A DNA stretch of 59,968 bases from an uncultured Gemmatimonadota bacterium (GTDB taxonomy: Bacteria > SM23-81 > DAOVCL01): the NCBI GenBank assembly GCA_964626665.1, contig CAZVGK010000005.1, positions 1 to 59,968 on the forward strand, given 5' to 3'. Positions 59,856 to 59,968 of this stretch are shown in pieces. The notes under the pieces were generated by a model, which was not told the origin of the DNA, searched no databases, and saw nothing but the letters and a program-made list of their open reading frames with translations. How positions within the stretch are numbered: position 1 is the stretch's first letter; every line of letters begins with the position of its first letter. A program made the position numbers and the translations under genes.

Positions 59856-59968
59856 CAGAAAGAGAATTGAGAATTATGAATTGAGAATTAAGAATTATGT
59901 TGATTGAGTTTGATGGTTTTTCCTGTAGTTCATTTTTAATTCTACATTCTCAATTCTTAATTTCCCGC

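Larger units (their letters stand above)
57221..59968 (-). repeat. Composite array: CRISPR-type repeats separating heptamer-arm elements with variable cargo
   Basis: Repeats at 57346 (degenerate), 59014 (truncated), 59483, 59658 and 59819, each preceded on + by a cccgc..gcggg hairpin; arms of (gagaatt/atgaatt)n and their complement. Confidence 0.85.

Noticed and set aside
59483-59968. Canonical CRISPR array with unique spacers
   Set aside because: Inter-repeat units are 124-138 nt, near-identical and derived from the adjacent element; no cas genes or leader are visible in the window

Overview
Bacterial chromosomal window. The T9SS/FlgD-like C-terminal domains and a C25 peptidase suggest an FCB-associated candidate lineage (inference). 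The housekeeping backbone is rplM-rpsI-rpsB-tsf-pyrH-frr-uppS-cdsA-tsaE, mtnA and tsaB-rimI-accD-folC. Other modules are a lexA-dinB-like-dnaE2 mutagenesis operon with a palindromic operator inside its promoter, a sigma54-activated NifB/NifX-DUF5320-4Fe-4S ATPase operon, secreted peptidases and outer-membrane proteins. Accessory DNA: (1) a decayed integron at about 12.5-19.6 kb with an intI pseudogene, two attI-like sites and a chain of attC-bounded cassettes; (2) a low-GC S8 peptidase bracketed by 583-bp near-identical direct repeats; (3) many REP-like palindromes and transposase or toxin-antitoxin remnants. The most unusual feature is the array at 57.2-60 kb. There, 37-nt CRISPR-type repeats separate units of a heptamer-arm element rather than unique spacers. 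The units hold an intact four-helix-bundle gene, internally deleted copies of it, or a transglutaminase gene. No cas, tRNA or rRNA genes were recognised. Family assignments come from motif recognition by eye, not database searches.
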